Of a stretch of 64,000 nt of DNA, positions 36,774 to 46,191 are shown one piece after another. The notes under the pieces are model-generated. The model saw nothing but the letters and a program-made list of their open reading frames with translations, was not told where the DNA came from and made no database searches. Position 1 is the first letter of the stretch. The number at the start of each line of letters is the position of its first letter. This DNA comes from Christensenellaceae bacterium (GTDB lineage: Bacteria; Bacillota; Clostridia; Christensenellales; Borkfalkiaceae): assembly GCA_045651725.1 (NCBI GenBank), contig JAZRSX010000002.1:136-64135 (forward strand), read 5' to 3'. The position numbers and the translations under genes are program-made.

Positions 36774-36808
36774 AAAAAAAATGGCAAATTCAATTTGCCA
36801 TTTTTTTT
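36774..36808. terminator. Bidirectional terminator between convergent operons
   Basis: AAAAAAATGGCAAA-ttcaa-TTTGCCATTTTTTTT. Confidence 0.85.
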
Positions 36809-36809
36809 A

Positions 36810-38138
36810 TTAATCAATATTTATTAGTTCTTGTTCTACGTCATAGAAAAGGTTTTGTATTTTTTGATAAATGTAAACTTCCATTGCCTCGTCAAAATAA
36901 ATGTTTTCGTTAAGCACCTTTTCTATCGTTTTAGCGTTTGCTTCAAAATTATTACTCCAAACTTTCATATCTTCTTTTTGTTCGGCAATACTTTGAGTTG
37001 CTATATACAACCTGTCCACTTGATTTTTTAAAGTTTCAACTTTAACAAGCCTGTGCTTATCGTTATCTTTAACGACGTCTTCTTCAAGCACTTCTATGTT
37101 TCTTTTAAGATTTTTTATTTCTTTTTCGCCCAAGTCTTTATTTGTTTTTAATTCAAAATATTGAAGAAGATATTGATTGTATTTTATGCCGAAAACCATT
37201 TTGTCGTATTTAATATTATCGTGGGTTTCAAAATACTCTTTTACTTCTTTTATTTCGCAAAGTTCAAGCGCTTCTTTAAGTGATTTTTCAACGAAATTAT
37301 CGTCTTTAGACTTATAGGTGTAATAAGTCGTGCCCATATGCCTTAATGCCCTTGCCTTTAATAAAACGTATTTACAATAGCCTTCGTTGTCGCCACTATC
37401 TTTACAGTCGTCAATTTTATAATTGATAAGTTCAAGACCTTTTTCTATATATTCAAAGCCCTTCTTATTATCGCCAAGCAAGATGTTCGTCCAACCCAAA
37501 TAGTCGACGTAAGCGTCGATTGCCTCGTCTATATTATTAGTGCAAGCAACGACGTATTTGCCAAGTTTTATCCTTAAAGAGTGTTGTTCAAGTTGAAGTA
37601 AAATTCTTTGAAACGACGATATGTTTTTATAAATTACGTTGTATACCGCTTGCGCCTTTTCGGCATTACTTCTTTTAATTTTAGAAACGACTTGTTTACA
37701 AGGCTCTATCAACGCTTTTTTAGAGTAGTAGTTGTTTATTAAAACCTTGTTTTCGTCCCTTAAAATTTTAACGGCTTGCTTTTCTTCGTTTTGCTTAAAA
37801 TCGCCGTTAGAATAGACAAGTTTAATAATCTTATTGTTGTTTTTATCTATCTTTTTAAAGTCGGAAATATTGACTTCTTTTAGCATTTGCTTTTGGTTAG
37901 CCTTAACTATTTTCCATAAATATTTAGTGTATTTTTTACTTTTATCTATTACGGCGGTGTTAGATAAGTTCCTGTTTGCCTTTGTTTGCGTAATTATAAT
38001 GTTAACGACTAAAATTGCCAAAACTATGCCTATTATGGGAAAAATTACCATAGCGTTGGCTTCGTTTTTAAAAATACTTAATAAAACGGTTATTGCAAGA
38101 GATACTATGCTTAACCAATTTATTTCTGTTTTTTTCAT
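36810..38138 (-). CDS. Hypothetical 2-TM membrane protein with a large helical/TPR-like cytoplasmic domain
   Basis: Two N-terminal hydrophobic helices, then a Lys/Glu-rich helical region with no recognised motif. Confidence 0.7.
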   Translation of the reverse strand: MKKTEINWLSIVSLAITVLLSIFKNEANAMVIFPIIGIVLAILVVNIIITQTKANRNLSNTAVIDKSKKYTKYLWKIVKANQKQMLKEVNISDFKKIDKNNNKIIKLVYSNGDFKQNEEKQAVKILRDENKVLINNYYSKKALIEPCKQVVSKIKRSNAEKAQAVYNVIYKNISSFQRILLQLEQHSLRIKLGKYVVACTNNIDEAIDAYVDYLGWTNILLGDNKKGFEYIEKGLELINYKIDDCKDSGDNEGYCKYVLLKARALRHMGTTYYTYKSKDDNFVEKSLKEALELCEIKEVKEYFETHDNIKYDKMVFGIKYNQYLLQYFELKTNKDLGEKEIKNLKRNIEVLEEDVVKDNDKHRLVKVETLKNQVDRLYIATQSIAEQKEDMKVWSNNFEANAKTIEKVLNENIYFDEAMEVYIYQKIQNLFYDVEQELINID

Positions 38139-38149
38139 TTGCTTACTCC

Positions 38150-39211
38150 TTAATTAAACTTTTTTATTAAATTTACAATGTCAATTTGCCTATTTTTTGA
38201 AAGTTGTTTAAACCCGTAATTTTTTAACTCTTCGTTTGACGTTGACACTATAAACGGCAAACCGACGTAATTTAGCATTTGAAAATCGTTCATACTGTCG
38301 CCAACACCTATCGTGCAACGATAATACCTGTTTAGCATTTTAGATATTAGTTTTACGGTGTTGCCTTTATGTTGATTTCGCTTTAAAATTTCGTAACTGT
38401 GCGGACCTGTGCGGACTGCGTTAAGATAGTCGTAGTTTTTTACGATATTTTGCACTTGCAATTCTTTTTCGGGCTCGTCTTCATAAGCGAAAACTAAAAT
38501 TTTTATAACCGCATCATAGTCTATACCGCTTGGCATTATTTCGTACCACTCGTTATACTTACGCAAATAACTTTCGTTTTTTTGGTTTAACTTTTTATTG
38601 CTTATAATTTCAGCATTATTGTAAACGACGTATTCTAATCCATTTTTATCTAGTTCGGTTGCTAGTTGCTTGCTTACGCCACCAACTTTACAAATATCTT
38701 TAATAACCGTGCCGTCAAAAATTGCCGAACCGTTTAAAAAAGACGAATAGTTGCCGTTTAAGTCGCAAGGTTCAATTACGTCCATAATGGCGTTTTTTAA
38801 CTTACCCGTACTTAAAATTATTCTATCTTTACCCGACCAATTTTTTATAAAACGTTGTTTTTGAGAACTTAAAACTCCGTTGTCGGTTACGGTATTGTCT
38901 ACGTCAAAAAAGTATAGCGGTTTATTGTTTTTAAACAAGTTTTCTATAAACGACTTGTTCACCCTTTTATAAAAACTAGCGTTTTTTCCGCCGTTATTTT
39001 TTAAAAAAACTTCAAGCGAAACGGGGTTACCACTATCGTCTACGTGACTAATAAAATAATAATATACCGTTTTTGCCCACTCGTTTTTAATATTAGATAA
39101 AGATAGCGATTTCAAATCTTCTTTCTCTTGCTTTGACAAAACGGTATCGTACTCTAAATATTCAATTATTTCACTTTTTAAAGCGTTTAATTTAACGTCG
39201 TTCATAAACAT
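38150..39211 (-). CDS. Cof-type HAD-IIB phosphatase with an extra N-terminal domain of about 95 aa
   Basis: YFFDVDNTVTDNG (motif I) ... GVGDSMNDFQML (motif IV); the N-terminal extension is unassigned. Confidence 0.8.
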   Translation of the reverse strand: MFMNDVKLNALKSEIIEYLEYDTVLSKQEKEDLKSLSLSNIKNEWAKTVYYYFISHVDDSGNPVSLEVFLKNNGGKNASFYKRVNKSFIENLFKNNKPLYFFDVDNTVTDNGVLSSQKQRFIKNWSGKDRIILSTGKLKNAIMDVIEPCDLNGNYSSFLNGSAIFDGTVIKDICKVGGVSKQLATELDKNGLEYVVYNNAEIISNKKLNQKNESYLRKYNEWYEIMPSGIDYDAVIKILVFAYEDEPEKELQVQNIVKNYDYLNAVRTGPHSYEILKRNQHKGNTVKLISKMLNRYYRCTIGVGDSMNDFQMLNYVGLPFIVSTSNEELKNYGFKQLSKNRQIDIVNLIKKFN

Positions 39212-39292
39212 ACCTATTAATTATTATACTAAACATAAAAATTATTTTCAATACATTTATATAATAATTATGCGTTTTTTAATTTTTGCCAT

Positions 39293-39326
39293 AAAAAAGA
39301 TTGACGGAACTAACCCCGTCAATCTT
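39293..39326 (-). terminator. Terminator downstream of putP
   Basis: AAGATTGACGG-aactaac-CCCGTCAATCTT with a T-run on the minus strand. Confidence 0.8.
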
Positions 39327-39339
39327 ATAATTCGTTATT

Positions 39340-40896
39340 TTATAAAGACTTTGCTTGTTCAAATTCGTCTAAAATTTCTTTGCATGGCTCTTTTGTTAAA
39401 AGCGAAACGACTACGATTGCTATTGCCGATAAGATAAACGCTGGCAATAATTCGTAAATTGCAAATACGGGCACGTATTTAGAAAGCAAGTTGTTAAGCA
39501 CTAATTTCCAAATAAATACCATAGAACCGCCCGTTATCATACCTGCGATTGCGCCTTCTTTCGTAGTGCGTTTCCAAAATAGTGAGAATAACATTAAAGG
39601 TCCAAACGTTGCGCCAAAGCCCGACCACGCAAAAGACACTATTTCAAAGATGACGCTGTTTTCGTCCCACGCGATTATTAAACCGATTAAGGCTATAATA
39701 ATAAGAACTATTCTTGAAATCCACATAACCTTTTTATCGCTAACTTCTTTGCCCTTTTTGATAAAGCCCTTGTAAACGTTTACGGATACCGCTGACGACG
39801 CTATTAACAAATACGAATCCGAAGAAGAAATAGTAGCCGCTAAAATGCCCGCCATTATAAGCCCTGCAACGACAAGTGGCAAGTATTCCGTTGACATTAC
39901 GATTAAAATCTTTTCCGCGCCCGTTTTAGACGTTAATTCTGGGTGGTCGCCTAAAATTGCCCTACCTATAACGCCTATGCAAACTGCGGCAATAAGTGAA
40001 ATTACGCACCAACTTGACGCTATAATTCTTGAACGCTTAATGTCCTTTGCCTCTTTAATTGCCATAAAGCGAAGTAAAACTTGTGGCATACCGAAATATC
40101 CAAGACCCCAAGCAAGCATAGAAAACATATTTAATACGCCGTATGGTATCGCATCTTTAAACACGACTATTCCGTTTTCTACAACGGGGTTTGCCATATT
40201 CGTTAAAGAGAAATAACCTTCAATTTCCTTTGCGTTTGCAATTACGTTTGAAATACCGCCTGCGTTAACAGTGCCAACGACTATCATAACTACAAGCGCC
40301 GTAACCATAACGATTGCTTGCATAAAGTCTGATACGCTTTCCGCCAAGAAACCACCTATTAAAGTGTAAATAACAACGAAAACCGCGCCCACGATAAGCA
40401 ACACGTGATAAGAGTTTTCCCAACCGAATAAAGTTGTAAAGAGTTTTCCGCAAGTAACGAAACAACTAGCGGCGTAAACTGTAAAGAACACTAAAATGAA
40501 GATAGACGCAATAAGCATTATAACCTTGTTCTTTTCTTTAAACCTGTTGCTAAAAAAGTCTGGCACGGTTATTGCGTTTCCTGCAATTTGAGAATAATTG
40601 CGAAGCCTTTTTGCAACTAAAAGCCAGTTTACGTAAGTGCCGATGGCTAAACCAAGAGCCGTCCAAAACGCATCGGCTAAACCGCACCAGTACGCAACGC
40701 CTGGTAAACCCATTAAAAGCCAACCGCTCATATCACTTGCTTCCGCACTCATAGCGGCAACCCAAGGGCCAAGCGACCTTCCGCCTAAAAAGTAGTTTTC
40801 TGAACTTTTTTGTGAACGCTTATAAAAATACACGCCTATACCTATAACGACAGCCATATACGCTATCATAACTATAAATATTTCGGTGTTTTTCAT
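39340..40896 (-). CDS. putP: Sodium:solute symporter, PutP-like sodium/proline symporter
   Basis: SSS family, 13-TM layout, YFLGGRSLGPWV and SAEASDMSGWLLMGLPG. Confidence 0.8.
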   Translation of the reverse strand: MKNTEIFIVMIAYMAVVIGIGVYFYKRSQKSSENYFLGGRSLGPWVAAMSAEASDMSGWLLMGLPGVAYWCGLADAFWTALGLAIGTYVNWLLVAKRLRNYSQIAGNAITVPDFFSNRFKEKNKVIMLIASIFILVFFTVYAASCFVTCGKLFTTLFGWENSYHVLLIVGAVFVVIYTLIGGFLAESVSDFMQAIVMVTALVVMIVVGTVNAGGISNVIANAKEIEGYFSLTNMANPVVENGIVVFKDAIPYGVLNMFSMLAWGLGYFGMPQVLLRFMAIKEAKDIKRSRIIASSWCVISLIAAVCIGVIGRAILGDHPELTSKTGAEKILIVMSTEYLPLVVAGLIMAGILAATISSSDSYLLIASSAVSVNVYKGFIKKGKEVSDKKVMWISRIVLIIIALIGLIIAWDENSVIFEIVSFAWSGFGATFGPLMLFSLFWKRTTKEGAIAGMITGGSMVFIWKLVLNNLLSKYVPVFAIYELLPAFILSAIAIVVVSLLTKEPCKEILDEFEQAKSL

Positions 40897-41114
40897 AAAA
40901 ATCCCCTTTTTTACTAACGTTTATAAATATACATAGTAAATTATAACACATAAGCACACTATAATCAAATATAAATAAGCATATAATAGTTATAAATAAA
41001 ATTTATAGAAATATTAAAATTTTTTTCTTATAGTTTGGCTTATTTTTTTGCAGTTTTTCTAAATAAAGTGGCAAAAACGCGGTTATAGAACGGTTTTAGC
41101 AAAGTTTTAAAAAG

Positions 41115-41145
41115 AAAAAAACGTTGAAGTTTCAACGCTTTTTTA
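41115..41145 (-). terminator. Terminator ending the BCAA-related gene array
   Basis: AAAAAAACGTTGAA-gt-TTCAACGCTTTTTT. Confidence 0.8.
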
Positions 41146-41155
41146 ACAAAACTGT

Positions 41156-41962
41156 TTACAAATTATAAACTTTTTTTGCGTTTTCGCTAAAAATTTTGTG
41201 ATAGTCGCTTTCGTCTAAATTTAAAGAAAGCAAAGTTTCTATCTCTTTTTTAGCGTTCCACATAGGATAATCCGACCCAAAAAGCACTCTATCCGTACCG
41301 TATCTGTAAATCATTTCTTTAATGATTTTTTTGTCTAAATAATTAAAACTTGAAGAACAGTCGACGTAAAAATTTTCTATTCCCGCATACTGTTTAGACG
41401 CTTCTTCCCAAATACTGTATCCGCCGAAATGCGCGCCTATAACGGTTAGGTCTTTAAACTCTTTTAGAATAGGTAACAGCCTATTAGGGTTAGATAAATC
41501 GTACCTATTATCGCCCGTGTGCATAAGTATAGGCAAGTTTAATTTACTGCAAATTTCATAGGCTTTAACGTAGCCTTTATCGTCAACGGCAAAACCTTGA
41601 ATATCGGGGTGAATTTTTATACCCTTTAAACCTAACTCGTATAGGTGACGAACGTCGCCAAGCATATCTTCACTTCGTGGGTGAATAGTGCCAAGACCTA
41701 TTAACTTTTGGCTATTATTCTCTACTTCTTTTGCAATAAATTCGTTTATTCTTTGAACTTGTCTTTCCGTAGTTGCAACAGACTGCACTAAAAACTTATC
41801 CACGCCCGAACCTTTTGAACTTTCTATCAAATGTTCGGTTATACCCTTTTCGCTTGACTTTTCGCTATAAAACTCATCGGTATGACGTATTGCTAAAAGT
41901 GCAATTTTAGGCGGATATATATGACAGTGCGCGTCTATGACGTAGTATTTATTGTTAACCAT
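41156..41962 (-). CDS. Amidohydrolase-2 family metal-dependent TIM-barrel hydrolase/decarboxylase-like protein
   Basis: YVIDAHCHIYP (HxH metal motif), ...MHTGD..., ...FGSDYP... Confidence 0.8.
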   Translation of the reverse strand: MVNNKYYVIDAHCHIYPPKIALLAIRHTDEFYSEKSSEKGITEHLIESSKGSGVDKFLVQSVATTERQVQRINEFIAKEVENNSQKLIGLGTIHPRSEDMLGDVRHLYELGLKGIKIHPDIQGFAVDDKGYVKAYEICSKLNLPILMHTGDNRYDLSNPNRLLPILKEFKDLTVIGAHFGGYSIWEEASKQYAGIENFYVDCSSSFNYLDKKIIKEMIYRYGTDRVLFGSDYPMWNAKKEIETLLSLNLDESDYHKIFSENAKKVYNL

Positions 41963-41978
41963 TATGATTTACCACACT

Positions 41979-44441
41979 TTATGATTTTTTAATTCCGCAT
42001 TTTTCTATTGCTTGTTCACGCATTTTGTATTTTAAAATTTTACCTGCGGCGTTCATAGGGAATTCGTTTACAAACAAGAAGTATTTTGGAACTTTGTGCC
42101 TTGCAATAGATGCGTTGCCAAATTCACGCATTTCGCTTTCGCTTGAAGTTTCGCCTTTATGAAGAATTATCCACGCGCAACATTCTTCGCCATACTTTTC
42201 GTCTGGCACGCCAACGACTTGAACGTCGCTAACCTTTGGATTTGTTAAATAAAATTCTTCAATTTCGCGTGGGTATAAGTTTTCGCCACCGCGAATAATC
42301 ATATCTTTAAGCCTACCCGTTACTTTGTAGTAGCCGTCAGCCGTCTTCATACAAATATCGCCTGTGTGAAGCCAACCGTCTTTATCAATGGCTTGCGAAG
42401 TTGCTTCGGGCATTTTATAATATCCTTTCATAATATTAAAGCCACGCGCAACGAACTCGCCACTTTGACCATTTGGTAGTTCTTCGCCCGTTTCGGGGTC
42501 TATAATTTTACAATCAACGCCTGGAAAAGCGCTTCCAACGGTTTCAACCCTGTGGTCTAAATCTTCGTTAACTTCGCCCATCGTACACCCCGGCGACGCT
42601 TCCGTTTGACCGTAAACGGATATAATTTCGCGCATGTTCATTTCAACTGATGCCCTACGCATTAAGTCTGCCGGACAGTTTGCGCCCGCCATAATGCCCG
42701 TACGCATATACGAAAAGTCCGTCTTTGCAAAATCGGGGTGTTCAAACATTGCAATAAACATAGTCGGCACACCGTTAAAGCAAGTAATATGCTCGTCGTT
42801 TACGCAAGCAAGTGATGATTTTGGCGAAAAATATGGAATAGGACAAAGCGTACCGCCATGCGTCATCATAGAAGTCATAGAAAGCACCATACCGAAACAG
42901 TGGAACATAGGAACTTGTATCATCATTCTATCCGCCGTTGACAAATCCATTCTATCGCCTATTGTTTTACCGTTATTTACGATATTGCGGTGCGTAAGCA
43001 TAACGCCTTTTGGAAAACCCGTCGTTCCCGAAGTGTATTGCATATTGCAAACGTCGTCGGGTTTAACAAGCGATGCGCGCCTTTTAACTTCTTCTTGTGG
43101 AACAAGAGAAGATCGTGAAAGCATTTGCTCCCAAGTTAAGCACCCTTCCATACTAAAACCGACTGTAACGACGTTGCGAAGAAACGGCAACGCTTTAGAA
43201 TATAATGGCTTGCCCGCTTCTAAATTTTTAATTTCTGGGCAAAGTTCTTTGATAATTTCTTTATAATTGATATCTTTACAATACTCTATCATAACGAGAG
43301 TATGCGTGTCGGACTGCCTTAACAAATATTCGATTTCGTGAATTTTATAAGCCGTATTTACGGTAACTAAAACCGCGCCGATTTTCGTAGTTGCCCAAAA
43401 CGTTATAAACCATTGTGGAACGTTCGTTGCCCAAATTGCAACGTGGTCGCCCGCCTTTACGCCCAAAGATATTAAAGCGGCGGCGCACTCGTCAACGTCA
43501 CGACGGAATTGTTCGTAAGTTCTCGTATAGTCAAGCGTTGGATATTTAAAGGCGTATTGGTCGGGGTAGTTTTCAACCATAGTGTCAAGCACTTGTGAAA
43601 AAGTTGCGTCTATAACGTCGTACTTTTTCCAAACGAAAGAACCCGTTTTAGCCCTATTGTAATATTTTTGTACGCTATTTTTTTTATCGCGATTAAGTGA
43701 TGCAACGTAGTTTGCAAAGTGCGTAAGAACTATATCGGCATCACAAATTTCTTCGTTCCAAGCGGCGCAAATAAAGCCGTCGTAATTAAGAGAAGAAAGT
43801 GCGTTTAAAAGTTTTTGAACGTCTAAATCGCCGTCGCCGATAAGAACGGTTTTGCCGTCTTTCATATCGCCTAAACGGACGTATTTAATATAAGCGCCCA
43901 ACGTTTCAATCGTAGTTTCCGCCGATTCTTTAGCGCTAAAATAAGTGCCTCTAACGTTCCAAGACGCACCTATTGAAATAGACGAAAAATGATTGATAAT
44001 TTCTATAACTTTTTGAGTTTTAGAAAGATAACCTACGGTTTCAAACAAAAGGTTTACGTCCGCTTTTTCAGCCTTTTTAACGGCGGAAGAAAGTTTAGCG
44101 TCTAACACGTCGAACGAAACGTTTTCGTTTATATGAACTATTACGCTTTTTACACCCGAAAAAGATGCAAAATCAACGTATTTTTCAACAGTTTCGCTTG
44201 TTACGGCATCACTTTCAATAGGTTCGGGCATACGAAGTGCCGAAACGGATAGTCCCCTATTTACAAGTTTTCTTGTAGAATCGGCAACTTTGTCACGCCT
44301 TAAAATGCTGTCAAAATGCTCCGTTCTTTCTTTTATGGCATCGTATATTTCAAAACCTTCAAAACCATAATCGTAAGCATAACGGCAAGTATCCAAAAAG
44401 GTACTTCGGCTTACGTTTTTGGTAGAAAATACTATTTTCAT
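41979..44441 (-). CDS. Fusion: xylose-isomerase-like TIM barrel (about 260 N-terminal aa) + AMP-forming acyl-CoA synthetase
   Basis: N-terminus GFEGFEIYD...LLFETVG... (AP_endonuc_2-like). C-terminus YTSGTTGFPKGVMLTH, SVYGQTE, GWLHTGD, RLKDMIIRGGENLYP, KILK. Confidence 0.88.
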   Translation of the reverse strand: MKIVFSTKNVSRSTFLDTCRYAYDYGFEGFEIYDAIKERTEHFDSILRRDKVADSTRKLVNRGLSVSALRMPEPIESDAVTSETVEKYVDFASFSGVKSVIVHINENVSFDVLDAKLSSAVKKAEKADVNLLFETVGYLSKTQKVIEIINHFSSISIGASWNVRGTYFSAKESAETTIETLGAYIKYVRLGDMKDGKTVLIGDGDLDVQKLLNALSSLNYDGFICAAWNEEICDADIVLTHFANYVASLNRDKKNSVQKYYNRAKTGSFVWKKYDVIDATFSQVLDTMVENYPDQYAFKYPTLDYTRTYEQFRRDVDECAAALISLGVKAGDHVAIWATNVPQWFITFWATTKIGAVLVTVNTAYKIHEIEYLLRQSDTHTLVMIEYCKDINYKEIIKELCPEIKNLEAGKPLYSKALPFLRNVVTVGFSMEGCLTWEQMLSRSSLVPQEEVKRRASLVKPDDVCNMQYTSGTTGFPKGVMLTHRNIVNNGKTIGDRMDLSTADRMMIQVPMFHCFGMVLSMTSMMTHGGTLCPIPYFSPKSSLACVNDEHITCFNGVPTMFIAMFEHPDFAKTDFSYMRTGIMAGANCPADLMRRASVEMNMREIISVYGQTEASPGCTMGEVNEDLDHRVETVGSAFPGVDCKIIDPETGEELPNGQSGEFVARGFNIMKGYYKMPEATSQAIDKDGWLHTGDICMKTADGYYKVTGRLKDMIIRGGENLYPREIEEFYLTNPKVSDVQVVGVPDEKYGEECCAWIILHKGETSSESEMREFGNASIARHKVPKYFLFVNEFPMNAAGKILKYKMREQAIEKCGIKKS

Positions 44442-44442
44442 A

Positions 44443-45828
44443 TTACGCCTCCTCGGCTACGATTTTATTTAGAGCATTTATATACGCCCTTATACTTGCG
44501 CTTATTATGTCGGTTGAAGTGCCGTTGCCCGAATAAAGTTTACCGTTGTTGCGAAGTTTTACAAGCGCCGAACCTAACGCCTCTTTACCTTCGGTTACCG
44601 ATTGCACTTGAAAATCGTCAAGCTCGTAGTGATGCCCAACACATTGTTCAATAGCGCGGAAAGCGGCGTCAATTGGACCGTCGCCTATTGCAACGCCACT
44701 AATAACTTCACCGTTGCATTTTAAAGTTATTTGAGCCATAGAAGTCGTTGCGTTACTACTTGTAGTAGTATAAGTTTCAAAGTGATAAGTTGACGGCGCT
44801 TGCATTGCGTTACTTGCAATAATCGCTTCAAATTCTTTAGCGCCTATAGCACCCCTTCTTTCGCAAACTTTTAAAAGCGCTTTATGAACGTTGCCACAGT
44901 CCGATTCCGTAAGGTCGTAGCCAAGCATTATTGCCGATTGCATTACGCTAGTTATGTTAGAATCGGCATCAAGTAAAATCTTCTTTTTGTCGCTAACCAA
45001 TTCTTCCGTATACGCTTTTGTGTTTATTTTTGAAAGCGTTTCTTCAATACTTGTGTGTATTTTAGTTGCGTTTAAGTCAATAGTTGCGTTAACGCTTGTA
45101 CCGCAGACTTTGATAGCATCTGAAAGTTGACCTAATAAAAGAGTATCTTTACCCGCAATAGCACACTTTAAGCCGTCAACCCCGTTGACGATTGATTGTA
45201 ACGCCGTTGCAACAGCCATATTGATTGCGTTGCTAACTTGTATATAAACGGGCGTGTTAACTTGACTTTTTACCTTTTTTACTATATTTGCAATTTCGTT
45301 AGGTACAAAAATACCGGCATTATCGCAAATATTTATTACGGTTGCGCCGTTTTCTTCGGCTTTTTTAGATGCTAAAATTAAGAAATCTATATTTGCCCTC
45401 GTAGCGTCAACGGCAGAAAATTCAACGTCTTGACAATAAGTTTTTGCTTCTTTTACAAGTTCGACGATTTTATCAAGCATTTTTTCTTGCTTAACGTGAT
45501 AGTTGTATTCCATTTGAATAGTAGAAACGGGAAGTTCAATTTGTAAACGTGGTTTTTTTGCTTGTTTAATGCACTCCCAAGCCTTACCAACGCTTTCTTT
45601 ATCAAACCCAACGGGGATAGAAATTATAGCGTTTTGTACGTTTTGAGCAATAGTTTTATATATGATTGCGTCTTCGCGATAATTTTTTATAGCAGGTAGT
45701 TCAATAACGTTTACACCTAACGTATCCGCATTTATTGCAATGGCAGATTTTTCCCTAAAAAGTAACGAGACTTCTCTTTCTTCCGAAAGTTTTTTAAGCG
45801 TAATGTCTGAAATACTAATTTTTTTCAT
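44443..45828 (-). CDS. 2-isopropylmalate synthase-like protein with degenerate catalytic motifs and an intact LeuA-type C-terminal regulatory domain
   Basis: Collinear with LeuA, but DTTLRDGEQ reads SDITLKKLSEE, HxH reads QVS (YIQVSNAINMAVATA), and GERAGN is absent. The C-terminal GDGPIDAAFRAIEQ...TEGKEALGSALVKL... matches the LeuA dimer/regulatory domain. Confidence 0.8.
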   Translation of the reverse strand: MKKISISDITLKKLSEEREVSLLFREKSAIAINADTLGVNVIELPAIKNYREDAIIYKTIAQNVQNAIISIPVGFDKESVGKAWECIKQAKKPRLQIELPVSTIQMEYNYHVKQEKMLDKIVELVKEAKTYCQDVEFSAVDATRANIDFLILASKKAEENGATVINICDNAGIFVPNEIANIVKKVKSQVNTPVYIQVSNAINMAVATALQSIVNGVDGLKCAIAGKDTLLLGQLSDAIKVCGTSVNATIDLNATKIHTSIEETLSKINTKAYTEELVSDKKKILLDADSNITSVMQSAIMLGYDLTESDCGNVHKALLKVCERRGAIGAKEFEAIIASNAMQAPSTYHFETYTTTSSNATTSMAQITLKCNGEVISGVAIGDGPIDAAFRAIEQCVGHHYELDDFQVQSVTEGKEALGSALVKLRNNGKLYSGNGTSTDIISASIRAYINALNKIVAEEA

Positions 45829-45870
45829 AATAAATCTCCTTTAAACCAAGAATACTAACCCGATAGTAAC

Positions 45871-46135
45871 AAAAAAACGTTTCCGCCTCTTTGCTTTAAA
45901 GAGACGAAAACGTTAAGACAATTTCCGCGGTACCACTCTTATTCACCCTAAAAGGATGCACTTTAGATGCCAACACATCTTAACTCTATTACGGGAGTTC
46001 CCGTTTGCCGTTACTGTTACTTCACAACAACCGCTCCGCGACGAGTTCAACAATACCCTTCTAACGCCTTGCACCACACTAGCGTCTCTCTAAAAGCAAG
46101 AATAATACCTACTATTTCGCTTCATTGCGTTTAAT
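45871..46135 (-). promoter_or_regulatory. T-box riboswitch leader, specifier read as CUC (Leu)
   Basis: Minus-strand read: AUGAAGCGAAAUAGUA...AGAGAGA...GUGGUGCAAGG...GAA-CUC-G-UCGC...AGAGUGGUACCGCGG (UGGU bulge). Terminator AACGUUUUCGUCUCUUU-aaagc-AAAGAGGCGGAAACGUU plus U7. Confidence 0.85.
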
Positions 46136-46143
46136 TTTATTAA

Positions 46144-46172
46144 ATATTATCATTATATTAACTATTTGTCAA
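46144..46172 (-). promoter_or_regulatory. Promoter of the Leu T-box unit
   Basis: Minus strand TTGACA-17-TAATAT, in the 60-nt gap after ilvE. Confidence 0.6.
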
Positions 46173-46191
46173 ATAATTTTCGCTTTATTTA

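Noticed and set aside
42634-43266. 210-aa antisense ORF inside the ACS fusion gene, and the many 60-120-aa antisense ORFs inside arg, his, htpG, OFOR and other genes
   Set aside because: These are shadow ORFs opposite well-supported conserved genes. They are low-complexity Ser/Leu/Phe-rich translations with no start context.
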